Below are positions 26,741 through 64,000 of a stretch of 64,000 nt of DNA, one piece after another (position 1 is the first letter of the stretch; each line of letters starts with the position of its first letter). The notes under the pieces were generated by a model, which worked only from the letters and a program-made list of their open reading frames with translations, was not told the origin of the DNA and did no database searches. The translations under genes were made by a program, and so were the position numbers. This stretch comes from Lama guanicoe. Taxonomy: Eukaryota. The stretch lies in assembly GCA_013239625.1 (NCBI GenBank), contig MU053431.1:2754485-2818484 (forward strand). The letters run 5' to 3'.

Positions 26741-29700
26741 CAGAAGAGCCAGAGAGGTCAGAAGTGGTCAGATTCTGGGGAGACTCAGAAAGGAACAGTG
26801 GCAGGACTTGGGGCCCAGGACGGTCCCCTGTGCTCACGCCCAGGGAGTTCACAGCTGAGAGCAGGGGGAGGGAAAGCTGTGGGCAGGGGTGGGATCAGGA
26901 GGTGGCAGGAAGGCAAGTGGAGCAGAAGGAGCAACCAGGAGAGAGGCTTGAGCGCAGGGGGGTGGGGCACCACCACGGGAGCAGGGAGCCAGTGTGATGA
27001 GGGTGGCACCTGGCAGGGACTGCTGTTTTGGTGGCGGGCTGTGGATAGAGGCCAGCAAGACTGGGGAGCAAGGAATGGCGTCTGCAAGTTGGAGACCCTT
27101 ACAAGATACGGTTATGAGGTGGGTGCAGATGCAGAGCTACTGGGGCTGGGGTGTGGAGTCCAGCCAGATAGTGTTTTTCGGATGTGGACACCTCAAGCTT
27201 GTCGAACAGCTGAAAAGCCCCAGGAAGGGTCCAGTTGAGGGGGAATGATCACAGATTTGAGAGGAGTATCGTATATGGTTGAGGCTCCCGGGACACTTTA
27301 ATTGGTAGTGGGAAGAAGGGGACATCACGCCCCTCTCCATCACGCTGGAGAGGTTGTCAGCTGGGATGCAGCTCCTCCTCCCCATGTCTGGGACAGAGGA
27401 GGACAGAGGAAGCCTGGGGCTGAGGGGCTGACCTGTCCCACTGGGTGGGCGCACGGGAGAGCCAAGATGTGGGCTCTCTCCAAGTAGAGACCCTTCCTCC
27501 TTTGCTTGCCTGGCGGTAGGCAGGTAGTAAAAGCTCCTGGCTCCAAAGACAGGTCACCAAAGACAAAAAATCTAGTGAAGACTCGGAAAACATTTTGACA
27601 GGAGTTTATTTGGAGCCCACAGGGTCTCTACTGCCTTCAGAGCAAAACAACCCTTCTGCCAAAGTGGCACCTCCTGGTCTGTCCTTAGGAGAGGGATGAG
27701 CCCAGCTGTGGCCTCAGTCAGGGCTCTGCCCAATGGAGGAAGGTGCCGGCTGACCTCCCAGGAGACTCCCCACCCTGGGGACCCCTGACCTTATCCACCT
27801 ACCTGAGTCCTGTAGATCTGAGGGTGGGACCTCTGTGGGTCAGATGCTGGGGGCAGCGTGGAGCAAGCAGGGCACGTGGTCCCAGGTCCCACGGAGGGGT
27901 TGTGGCCAGGGCCGCTGACCTCACTACCTGCTGCCCAGTGGCTTGCTGGCCATGTGTGTCTGTGAGCAGGGGCTCAGATGAGCTTGTTAGAGACCTCAGA
28001 GCCCAAAGAAAGGGTTGGTTTCGAGGAAAGCCTTGTCCTCACCTCTGACTCCTGATAAGAAAGGCAGAGCTCCTTCCGCATTCACTGTGTGCTGGAGGCT
28101 CTAAGTGGCTGTCCCCAGCTTCATGGGTGAGAAAGGTGGCTTGCAGGGCAGGGGCAGAACTGCCCCTCCACCTCCATGGGCTGAGTGTCAGCCCCTGGCA
28201 TGACTTCTGGACGGGGCATCTGTGAGACCCTCTTTTGTGCAGGGCCTGCCTTTGGCTCGGGGGCTCGGCTGTTGTTTGGGGATGTGGGGGCCTCATGTGC
28301 TGCCTTTGTGGCAGCTCAATGCGTCCAGGCAGGAGGGGTCTTGTCTGTGGTGGAGACACATGCAGGTCCCAATGGGGACCAAGAGGGCCCCAGGTTGTCC
28401 CCCAGCAAAGGAGAAGGTAGGGCAGGACCCTGGTAACGTGGTTCTGGTCCTGGAGAGGGAGCTCGCGTAAATCCTTCCGCATCCCAGGGCCAGTGCTGCA
28501 GACCTCACTGGGGTGCTGTTTGGAGGCAACGATGCCAGGGACGGCCTTTAGGCCCAAGTGTTGCCTGAGCAGCTGTGAGGCTGCAGAGACCAGAGCTGAC
28601 CCAGGGAATGCAGGCGAGGGGAGAATTCCCCTCAACAGGACTTCGCTTTCAGACTCCCCGGGCAGGCCAGCGGGGAGGCATTGTGAGCTGGTTCTCTCTC
28701 ATCAAACAGAAAACGAGTGGCCCCTTCACACAGAGTTGTGCCGTTCACCCCCGCTGGGCTTCTTGGGAGGCAGGCGGGTTGAGGGGAGAAAGAGCTGAGG
28801 TGGTGCTTCCAGGACACCTGCTGGGATGACGACTGATGCTCGCAGCACAGACTTAGGGTCTGTGTCCTTCCCTCCAGCTGTCAGGGAGACAGGCCCTAGT
28901 TACCCCATTCACTGACACGTTGCAGTGACAAGAAAGTCCACTGGAGCCTCGCAGATCAGCCCAGCGTGCAGGCTTCTGCGGCGCCTTCTCTCACGGGAGG
29001 TACCTGTGGGAAGTGAACCCCGTTTATGGCCGGGGGTCTCCCAGCTTTCATTGTCGCTGTAGATGCAGAACCCTCCTACCATCTTCAAGTGTGACACACA
29101 CGCTGTGGCCAGAGTGATTCTTGGTGATTCCTGGTGATTCACATCCTGAATTTCCTCCCTCCATTCCCTTCGAGGAGGCTGTCTGCTCCCTCCTCCCCAC
29201 TGGTGGTGTGAGTGGCACCCTCCTTTTGCGTTTAGGATCCTGGGCGACTCCTGTTGTAGGTTTGGGAATTTGGGTGCCCAGTGGTTGAGCCTGGTTCCTT
29301 GTGGAGCCTGCTGGTGTCTGCTGGTGCCCGGGTGGGAGAAGAGTTGCGTAGCTTCCCACTCTCCACTTGAGCCAGTCCTCACGGGGGCCCTGCAGGTGAC
29401 CCATAGCCCAGAGGGTGAGGCACACAGTAGGAACACACAGTAGGTGCCAAATTCTGGTGGTATTACCCATCCCTTTGAAGACTTTGCATCAGGCTGTTTC
29501 CTTGACAACCTGTCTGCTTCCCTCTCTGTTTGTGTTCCTGGGGGTCACCAGCGGCCCTTTAATGGGGTGGAGTCATTTCCAGACAAGAGGACACTGTGGC
29601 CAGAGCCACAGAACTGCCCGGGGCAGAAGTGGTGGAATTATAGAAAACCAGCATTTGGGGACACATGTCAAAGACGTGAGAAGAAGGATAATGGGTGTGA

Positions 29701-30379
29701 CAGCAGTGCGCCTGACCGGCCTCCAGCAGAGCCCAGATTCACTTCCAAGGGGAGGCAGAGAGCAGAATGCAGGAGTATTCATTTCCTGTTTTTATTGTTG
29801 GTTACTTCACGACCTTCCTTTGAAAGCTGCAGTGGTAGAAAGCTGGTTGTCATGGAGACAGGGAGTGCCGTGCAGGGAACAGGCACACAACGCCTCTCTT
29901 TGTCAGGTCCAGCTGATGCCTTTCGCCTCTGCTTCGCGACGTGTGAATTTACCTGACGAATTAAATATCAACTGGAGGCAGTGCCCTGGAGAGAGGCAGG
30001 CGCACAGGCAGAGGAAGGACCTGGGAGCCAGGGCCCAGGGGAGGCCGAGCGTGGGGCCACACCCGACTCACATCAGCGCCCGGGCTGGAGGGGCCGTGGG
30101 GGTGGAACCCCACCCCAACTCTAAGTCAAATTCCACACGACAGCGCCAGAGCTGGGATGCCGGTGAGGGAGTGTGCCCCAGCCAGACTGAGGTCTTCCTC
30201 AGAGAGCTCCTGTGTCTTGTCCCTGAAACGGCCGTGGGGCCATGACCCTGGATGTCTTTCTGGTGGGTCCCTGAGAAGGGCTGTACACCTGCTGTGGAAA
30301 GAGTGGCCTGAGTTCCCCAACTTCTCCCCTGGAGCTGGCACAGCGAGGGTTTATTAGGTTTTCTTTTTCTGACCCTCAG

Positions 30380-30480
30380 AAAATGAGTTCCGGGGGGAGC
30401 TGCTGAGTCAAAGGTGGACGCAAGGACACAAAGCCAACGACTGCAGGACCTCAAGACTCTTCCTGGGTGGACGTGGCAAG
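30380..30480 (+). other. MYT1: Probable MYT1 non-coding exon 2 (101 nt)
   Basis: ttttctttttctgaccctcag| acceptor and GGCAAG|gtgagg donor; size and position about 7 kb before the ATG exon fit the ~100-nt human exon 2; supplies A at -3 for the start codon. Confidence 0.75.
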
Positions 30481-31308
30481 GTGAGGTACTCAGGGGCAGC
30501 CCCCGCCCCGGGCCTGGCCTGGCACGGGACCTCCTCCCTCCTCGACATGGGGCACGGAGGGACTTTTGATACCATGGTCGTCCGTCTAGATCAGGCAAAG
30601 AGTAAGTGGGCTAGGACCATCAGTGATCTGGTCACTTTAAAATTAGAGGAAGAAAAATAACTGAATGGAGTAAAACCAAAATGTGGCAGCAGGGGCTCAC
30701 ATCTGCCAGGTCCCTGCTCTGGGTCCAGTCACACCAGGGCTCCATGACTCCCCTCAGTTCCTGTTCTCTGTTCTCCCTGCTGCTTCCGGCAGCCTGAGGG
30801 TCTTGGACTGACGTTGCCACAAGGACTCCTGAGTTCTGCTGACTTTGTTTATTTCGATCTTCCCAATTAGGGGCAGATAGTGCCCAGTTCCTACCTGCCT
30901 GGAACTCGCTGATGGAGGTGCCTCAGGCTCTCTGCCTCCCTGGAGGTGCTGCAAGCCCCGGATGTCACATGCACTTACTGCCACCCCAAGTTTCTGATTC
31001 TAGAGCTTCCATGACGTGTTCTGGGTAAAGCCAGGCCCCCAGGCTCAGCGGACCCCCAGAGATGGAGGTGGAGGTGATAGCAGGCTTGGTGGGCATCCCT
31101 TCCTGGATCTCAATTCTGATCTCTCATTTTCTTTGGCATGTGGATGCTCTCCATCAGGGATCCAAGCCATGATCCAGGGCAGGGCCACCAAGTCGTAGTG
31201 GCCCAGGGTAGAGATGAGGTGGTCATGGAGTTTTAGGCAGCGACCCCACTCAAGGCACTTGTATTTTACTCTCGAAGCCCAACATTTTTCTTTTGAATGT
31301 GGTGGCTG

Positions 31309-31344
31309 GCCGTGATTGTACAGTGGTTAGTACTCTGCGTTGTG
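31309..31344 (+). pseudogene. Tail-less retropseudogene of the 5' half of tRNA-His(GTG)
   Basis: GCCGTGATTGTACAGTGGTTAGTACTCTGCGTTGTG is 34/36 identical to the 5' 36 nt of mammalian tRNA-His-GTG as recalled; flanked by direct repeats tgaatgtggtggctg / tgaatctggtggctg. Confidence 0.85.
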
Positions 31345-31442
31345 AATCTGGTGGCTGCAATGTACATTTTAATGGGCCCGTTCTAACACCTTGTGAAGCA
31401 TCTCCACTCACACTTTTCTTGCTGTGTGATTATCAGTAATTT

Positions 31443-31658
31443 GCTGAGCCATGTAGGAGCCTGAGGCGAAAGGAAAAGCCAATAGCTGGCTCAGTCTTTA
31501 TGTAATTTTTGCTATTTTATTCACCATGTAATTTGGGCATTAATTTAGGTACTTCAAATATTGCATTAAATTATTATTTATCTTGATCACTTGGTTTTGT
31601 TCCCCCCTTAAGTCTGCACCTGGCTAAATGCCTCACTCGCCTCACGGCTCCGGCCCTG
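31443..31658 (-). mobile_element. hAT-type MER non-autonomous DNA transposon remnant (family uncertain)
   Basis: AT-rich core with GC-rich end tgcctcactcgcctcac...ggccctg, typical of small hAT-Tip100 MERs. Confidence 0.5.
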
Positions 31659-32148
31659 AGCATCCAGAGATCACGAAACCAAGAAGCTACAGGGGCTCTG
31701 GGTGATGTGCACCCACAGTGGCTGGCACTGGGTGAGGGTGGGTAGGAGGGTTGCTGTCCCCCTGTGGCTCAGGTGTGACAAGCCTGGAGGATGCGGGACC
31801 TGCTGAGAGCCAGCCTGGTGGCCTTGCTCAGCCTCTCCCCAAGCACCAGCTGTTTCACAACTGCTCCATTAGGGAGTGGTTTCCTCTAGTTTGGGCCTGA
31901 GTTACTGCTCTGAGCAGAGGCACTAAGACAAAGAGTGGTACAGAGAAGGACGTACCTGTGAAGAGGACAGGACTTGGGGGCTGGCGCCAGTGGTGGCTTC
32001 TCGTGGTGGGCGCTAAGACAGGTAGGGGCACCGGAGAGCAGCGTGTACCCTTAGACAGGAGGTGGCGAGGTGGGGAGCTCAGTGCCTGGAGGGCCATGGG
32101 AGCAGAGGAACCCTACGTGGGAGGCGGTACAGCCTGTCTGCCTCCGAG

Positions 32149-32174
32149 TTCAGCACCGGGCATGTGGACAGCTC
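32149..32174 (+). promoter_or_regulatory. Non-canonical RE1 with 8-bp spacer
   Basis: TTCAGCACC-gggcatgt-GGACAGCTC: both half-sites essentially perfect. Confidence 0.6.
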
Positions 32175-34171
32175 AGAGACGAGTGGGAAGGGGCTGTTGG
32201 AAAGAGCGGGTGGTTGTGTGTTTGGGGGACGTGCTGGACATTGGGCTTTTCTCCCTTTAACTAGAGGAGAAAAGGAGTAAGCATTGATGGTAGGACCTTA
32301 AACCTCTTTTTGACCTTGAAGAATGAAACATTAGGGCCCCAAATCTTACAATGTTCAATAGATGACTAGAGATATGCAGTCGGAGAGCAGGGTGGCTGCA
32401 TGGACAATCAGCAAGCAGGGCTGTCTTCCTGCTGCCGAAGCGGATGCTCCCGACCAGGGAAGCCTGTCTCACTTGATGTGGTTAGATTCCTACTCCCGGA
32501 TAGGTGGAAATCCCATTTAAGTTGATGTTTTACACAGATGGACACCCAGACATGGCTGCTTTATCAGGGTGTCTATTTCATAGCTAAAATTTTTAATTTG
32601 GGGGTTGGAGCGAGCCATGATCCCATGCTTAGAGATGTCAGGAGAACCCCTCCCAAGACACATATTAAATAATGCTCCTGAGTGTCCTTTCTGCAACCCA
32701 AGGAGAAGGCTGGTCTGTTCAGCTGCCAGTCAGCTGGATGACGGGTGGAGTGTCAGAGAATTTCAGACACACGGTGGAACATCCCCTAGGGGACGCGACT
32801 GTCACTGCCAGGAGCCAGGGGTGCCATGATGGCTGTCAGGAGGTGCAGGAGTACAGGCTTGTGACTTAGCCTCAGAGACCAGTGCATGGGAGCAGGATGT
32901 GTGCTGCGGGTCCTGAGGCAGCGGGACTTCTACCTCTCCAGGCTGACCTGCTGCGGCCTGCAGGTGCGTGGTCAGGTGAGGGGAGCTGGGAAGGCCGTGC
33001 AGGCAGCAGCAGCAAGCAGGGCAGAGGTTGGGGGCTCTGAAAGATTCCACTGGGGTGCTTGGTGGGGGTAGGGAGTAAAGGAGCATACTTGAATACTGCT
33101 CTTAAATCCTTAAGGGGAGCTTCTCCCAGGAGTGAGAACATGGATCTGCCACAAGGCTTTGCAGCAGCCATGTGTGAGCTGCCTTGCCCTCAGCTGTGCA
33201 CAGGTGAGAGGGTAGAACTAGCCCAGACCGTGCCACTCCTCTGCCCCTTCCCTCCCTGGGGAAAGGGGAGACTGGGCAGGTGCTGCCCCTCCGGTTATGT
33301 CCCCCTGCCCCCCTCACTGTTTCCTTCACTGCCTGGTCCCCCCCGACCCGCCTGGCATTGGCAGATGCTCCCCAGCCTCAGCGAGGGCTTCTGGGAGGAA
33401 AGACACCTCAGCCCTCCCACAGGGACCCTATCATCCATGTAATCTTGTGGATTTGAAAACCTGACCTAAGTCCATTCTAACTCCTCAGCTTTGCCAGCTG
33501 TCGGAATGTGTTCTGAATGAAATGGAACAGTCATCTGTCTCCTCTAGCCCAGGCCAAGGGAGTTCCCCGGGAGTCTGGGCCCCCCTGAGCAACTTGTGGC
33601 CCTGGTTTCTGCTTTGATGGCTCCTGGCCACCTTCCCCAGGTCTAGGGTCTCAGAGGGGTCAGATTGTCCCCTTGGTCTGTCCATCTGCCTGTCTGCCTG
33701 TCCTCACACAATCCCTACTGAGCCGTGAGTGAGGTCTCTGTAGGAGAGACACTGACCTCAAAAACATGAGTGAATGAGCTTACTTCAGATGGTGGTGAGC
33801 ACAGGGTGGAGAGGGGGTGGGGGCTGGGAAGACGGAGGCAGCAGGCCTGGCCACCCACGGCCGCACTCTGCTCCCCAGGTCTGGAACACCCCCACCCTGA
33901 GGCCGTCCTCCCTGATCCACGGAGCCTCCCCACGCCCACCCAGGCTCCCATGTCCAAGCAGCCCCTACCGCTCAAGCTCTCCTCTGACATCCTCCCTTGC
34001 CTGGAGTGAGGGACCTGCCAGTCTGGTGCTCCTCAGGCCGGGACACCCCACAGGGCCAGAGAGGCAGGACGGTGTCTCGAGCTGCTGGGGTCAGGCTTCA
34101 GTACGGACTCTGATCTTTGTCCAGCCCTCAGCCACCTCTTCAGCTGCGAAGGCCCCAGAAGAACCAAGCAG

Positions 34172-34240
34172 AAAAGAGAGTGACAGACAGAGAGACAGAG
34201 AGAGAAACAGACAGCGATAGAAACAAAGACAGAGAGAGCA
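34172..34240. repeat. (GA/GACA)n purine-rich low complexity
   Basis: agagagtgacagacagagagacagagagagaaacagac... Confidence 0.7.
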
Positions 34241-36689
34241 AGGATGACTGAACGGGCAAGAAAGAGAAGGGGGCCACCCCTCCTGAGACCACCTAAACTT
34301 GGTCTCTGAACTTGGGCAGGGCTTGGGCAGAGCTGGACTCGCCGGTGAAGGTGAAGATTGGCACAAAGCCTGCTGGGCCTCTAACTGGACACTTGCGGAC
34401 ACAGAGAGTTCACCCTTTCCTCTTTGTTACTGGCTGTGTCTGGCAGACTTCTCACAACCACACCCCAACCACACCCCAAGGGTCTACCAGTTTCAAGGTT
34501 GCTTAGCACGTTCCCGTTTTTGGAGCTTGTAAATCTCCAACTCAGGGAACTCAGCTTTGTCAAGGGTGCCAGGTGGATAGGAGTGAAAGCGGCTGATCTT
34601 TGTAACGTGTCCCGTGAGAAGTGCTCACGTGACCGACTTCAGTGAAAGTGCAAAATGGAACCAAGCAGTGACACCGTCCTGGATGAGGCCACGGCCAGGA
34701 CACTGGTGAAGCGAGTTCAGGGGAACAGGGAGGGACGGCAGGGAGCAGCAGGACGGGCTGCATCTGCACGTGTAGCTCCTTCTCCTCCCGGTAGTTTCCT
34801 TTTGGAGACAGAGCTATCTGTCTTAATTGGAGCGAAGAGCTGGTTAGGGAGCCCAGGGCAGTTGTGAGTCATGCTCCTGGTGGCAGAATGCGGTTGGCAT
34901 CACAGAAACATTGCGGGCTTGCGCTTGAGAGATGGGGTAAGGGGCTGAGGTTGGCTTGGCTGTGACGGGGACTTTCACCCTCAAGATGAGAGGCCACTCA
35001 TTTTCTGCGGGCCTTCTGGAAATAGCCTTGATTGGTTTGTGCTCAGAACAGGTGGAGAGTTTTTAAAAATAAGTCAGTGGAAACTTGGGAAGTGTCTCAT
35101 TGTCTTTGCACCAGGAAGTGTGTTTTCTGTGGTGCTGGGAGGTGGGGGGTTGCCAGCAGGAGAGTGGGGTACAGGGCTCCCACCATACACACGCACAGCA
35201 CCAGTTGAGGGCATGCGGACAGCAGAGAACCGCCTCTGAGAAGGAAAACAACCAAGTCCAGCGGGGCAGGTTCTGCCAAGCCTCACCCAGTGCTTCCGAG
35301 GCAGCCGCCACGCCAGTTCAAGCTGTTCGGGAATCAGATTTCCCTGCTTCACTGTCGATGCCTAAGTGGTCCACCCGGCTCTTCCCAACTCATTCTCATG
35401 TTGAAGCACTAACCCTCGCTTTTCCTCCCGTAGTTCCATGTCTTCCTTTTAAAATCAAAGCTGCCGGCAACGAAGAGACCATCCCACTTACTGACCATAG
35501 GATGCAGACAAATTGCAGGTGGAAAGGTGCTCGGCAAAGTGAACGTGCAGCTGTAGCTCCACTGAGGGGAGCTCGCAGGCTGCAACCCTCTCCAGTCTCT
35601 GCTCTTTGAATAATTGACCTGCAGGAAATCCGAATTGCCAAGGCACGCTTTAACCTCGCAGAATGCTTGCCAATTTCCTTGGGAAAACTGACAAAAAAAC
35701 TTTTTTAAGAAGAGCTGTAGATTGTGTTTCAGCTGAGAGTTGCACGGAGCAGTCGGACTCATCAGCCCCTTTGTGCCGCTGCACCGGAAGCCGCTGGGCT
35801 TGCGCTCCGCGCAGACAACGTTTGAAGGCTCATAAATGTAATGAAGTCCCTTTGACACCTGCTCCTCTCTTCACTTTAAATGCAAGCCATTGGTCCAGGG
35901 GGAACCTCTGCTTTAAAAATAGAAATTACATTAATTGTCCTCCGTGCTGCTGGAAGACTGCAAACACACAGCTCAGCTCTGTGGCTCTGCAGCCGTGACT
36001 AGACAGGCTGCATAAATTATTCCAGATTTTGATGTTTCTTCCTTAACAAACCACATGAATCTTTGTATATTCATGCTGCCCAGGGAGGAGCTCACTTTGC
36101 AAGTTCCATCTTACTAATGGGGGTGGGGGTGTGTTAATGGGAGGACTCCCTTTCTTTTCTTCCTGGGTGGAGCTTCGGACACCGGTCTCGTGCCGGCTTT
36201 TGGGAGCTGGAGCCCCCTCTTACTCCTGTCCCACCATCTGGCTTTGACTTTGATGGCCTCAGCTGTGGCCCAGGACAGGTGGGAAGAGCCCTCTCCCACC
36301 TCTAACTCACTGTCACCTGCCTGCCCAGGTTTGTCCCTGGAGACCCAGGAGGAGGATTCTGTGTGCTGACCTGTGGCCCTTGGGGGCGTCCCTGTCTGAT
36401 CCTCGTCCCCAGGCTTTGCCCTCCTGGGGGTTCTCCCTCCAATCCCTTGAAGGACCATGTGGGTAACATCCCCAGTGGAAGTGGGTCTGGGGCAGAGCAT
36501 GTGGGGTGAGAACTCTGATGGATTCAGGTGGGGTGGCCAGAGGACATGCAGGGTCCCCCTCAGGAGGCTCCACTCATCCTTCCTGGGAGAAGTGACACCT
36601 TTGGGAGGGTGGTCCGTGAGTCTAGCCTAGATGACCCTTGGCCTGCATTCCTGCCTTAGCTTGGCTCTCACCCCAGTCTGCCTCCCACC

Positions 36690-36970
36690 TCTGGAGCCAG
36701 CGTAGTGGCCACAGGTACTTGGCATGTGGTTGGTCGAACTCAGATGGGCTGTGAGTCCAGGAGACATGAGGAATTTCTAATAGTTGGCACGAAACAAAAT
36801 CTCATTCATAATTTTTATATTGATACTGTTGAAATTATAATGTTTTGGATAGGTTGGTCTAAGTAAGGTTTAGAATTAAAATTAATTCCACCCATTTCTT
36901 TTTACATTTTAATGTGATTATTAGAGAATTTTACATGATGTGGATGACTTGCACTCTTTTTCACTGGGTG
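36690..36970 (-). mobile_element. MER33-like (hAT-Charlie) DNA transposon remnant
   Basis: AT-rich block atctcattcataatttttatattgat...aaaattaattccacccatttctttttac matches the reverse complement of the MER33 consensus as recalled; boundaries approximate. Confidence 0.65.
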
Positions 36971-37618
36971 GTGGTGCCTGGAGGCCCCTGTGCCTGCAGG
37001 AGCTCACATGGGGGGTCCGGACTCATGTGGGGATGGTTGGGTCTCTGGGCTCAGGCTGCCCCCCTTGGGCTCTCCCTGGTACAGTACATGGTAGAAACGG
37101 AAGCCATTGACCTCTGGATGCTTTGCGGAGGCCTGCTCGGGTCCCAGCCTCCTGTTTCTAACAAGACAACCCTAGTGTGCTTGGGTCAACAACTCCCAGG
37201 GGAAGCTGGGCTCTGGCGCACGGTGTGGTCAGAGTTAGTGTTGGGCAACCTGCCCTGCCCTGCCCACTGTGAGCAGAGGATGGTGTCGCCAGGAGATCAC
37301 GTATTACCAAACCTCGACACTAATGAAGGTCTGGTGGGTGTAGCTTCCTCCTCGGATGTGGACCTGGGGCAGCAGTAGAGTCAGAACAGGAGACGGGGGA
37401 TCGTCTAGGGCTGGTGGTCTCTGCCCTGAAGTCCCTCCTCCCTGCCTGCTGCTCCCAGGTCCACAGGCCTTTCTTGCCTTGTGAGCCCATTTCTTGTTCT
37501 GGGTCACAGATTCACATGTACCCCAAAGCCTGAGCCAGGAAACCACCCAGGTGACGCCGTAGCCTCCCAGGGTGGTCCTGCTGGTTTCCGCTGACAGCTC
37601 TGTTGTTTTCACTTGCAG

Positions 37619-63522
<25,904 letters not shown>

Positions 63523-64000
63523 GTGAGTCTAGGTCCTGCCGGCCACTTCATGGTGGTGCAGAGTTGGGGTTTTCCTGCATTTGTAATTTTAAAAGCCCCT
63601 TCTGGATTCCCTTTGCAGTAATATAGCTGATCAGTGACAGTGCCCATTTTGGGGCACAGACGTGCTCGTGCTATGCACGTGGACTCCTATGAGGGCACAC
63701 ACATGCACTGGCTCCTGTCTGGGCTTCCCAGGTCTGGGCTGTTTGACAGGGCTGGGAGAGGCAAAGCACCCTGCTGCCTGGGCACCTAGGGTACCTGGTG
63801 TAGGCCTCAGGGTGTGGGTGGCCCCCCAGGTCACGCAGGAGCTTTGCAATCTGCATGTCTGGTGGGAAAGGTCAGTGCAGGAGTCAAGGAGGAGAGGAGG
63901 TCAGAAAGCGGTGAGTCTTTGAACTGTCTGTGTGTCTGCATGCTGCCTCATCTTTGAAGGGAGCTGATGTGTTGCAAGCTGGTCTTTCCAGAGGGGAACT

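Noticed and set aside
26770-27300. Possible L2 remnants (also near 47.2-47.9, 57.1-57.8 and 60.5-60.8 kb)
   Set aside because: Too degraded to assign or delimit by eye
31309-31344. Functional tRNA-His gene
   Set aside because: Lacks the 3' half including the T-arm/B-box; recorded as a pseudogene

Overview
GC-rich mammalian genomic DNA (draft assembly with four short N gaps) containing the 5' part of MYT1 (myelin transcription factor 1, C2HC/CCHHC zinc-finger neural transcription factor) on the + strand. I reconstructed 16 coding exons by hand (37619-63522; all introns GT-AG; frame intact; 2588 nt, about 862 codons; five C2HC fingers plus the acidic tract). The gene continues past the window end. 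Two probable non-coding leader exons lie upstream (ending 13774; 30380-30480). Introns hold old L1, MER2, MER33, MIR and hAT remnants and an ERV1-type solo LTR. I found no new multi-gene system, and the other ORFs in the track look like GC-rich noise. The most interesting unexplained elements are: a TSD-flanked, tail-less retrocopy of a 5' tRNA-His half; a canonical and an 8-bp-spacer REST/RE1 site; a leader dense in uORFs and AUG-stop elements; a weak donor followed by AATAAA and an in-frame stop after exon 6; an in-frame alternative acceptor in exon 12; and an antisense LTR 31 nt from an exon. Exon numbers follow the human gene. Comparisons with human sequence and repeat consensi are from memory and need confirming by alignment.
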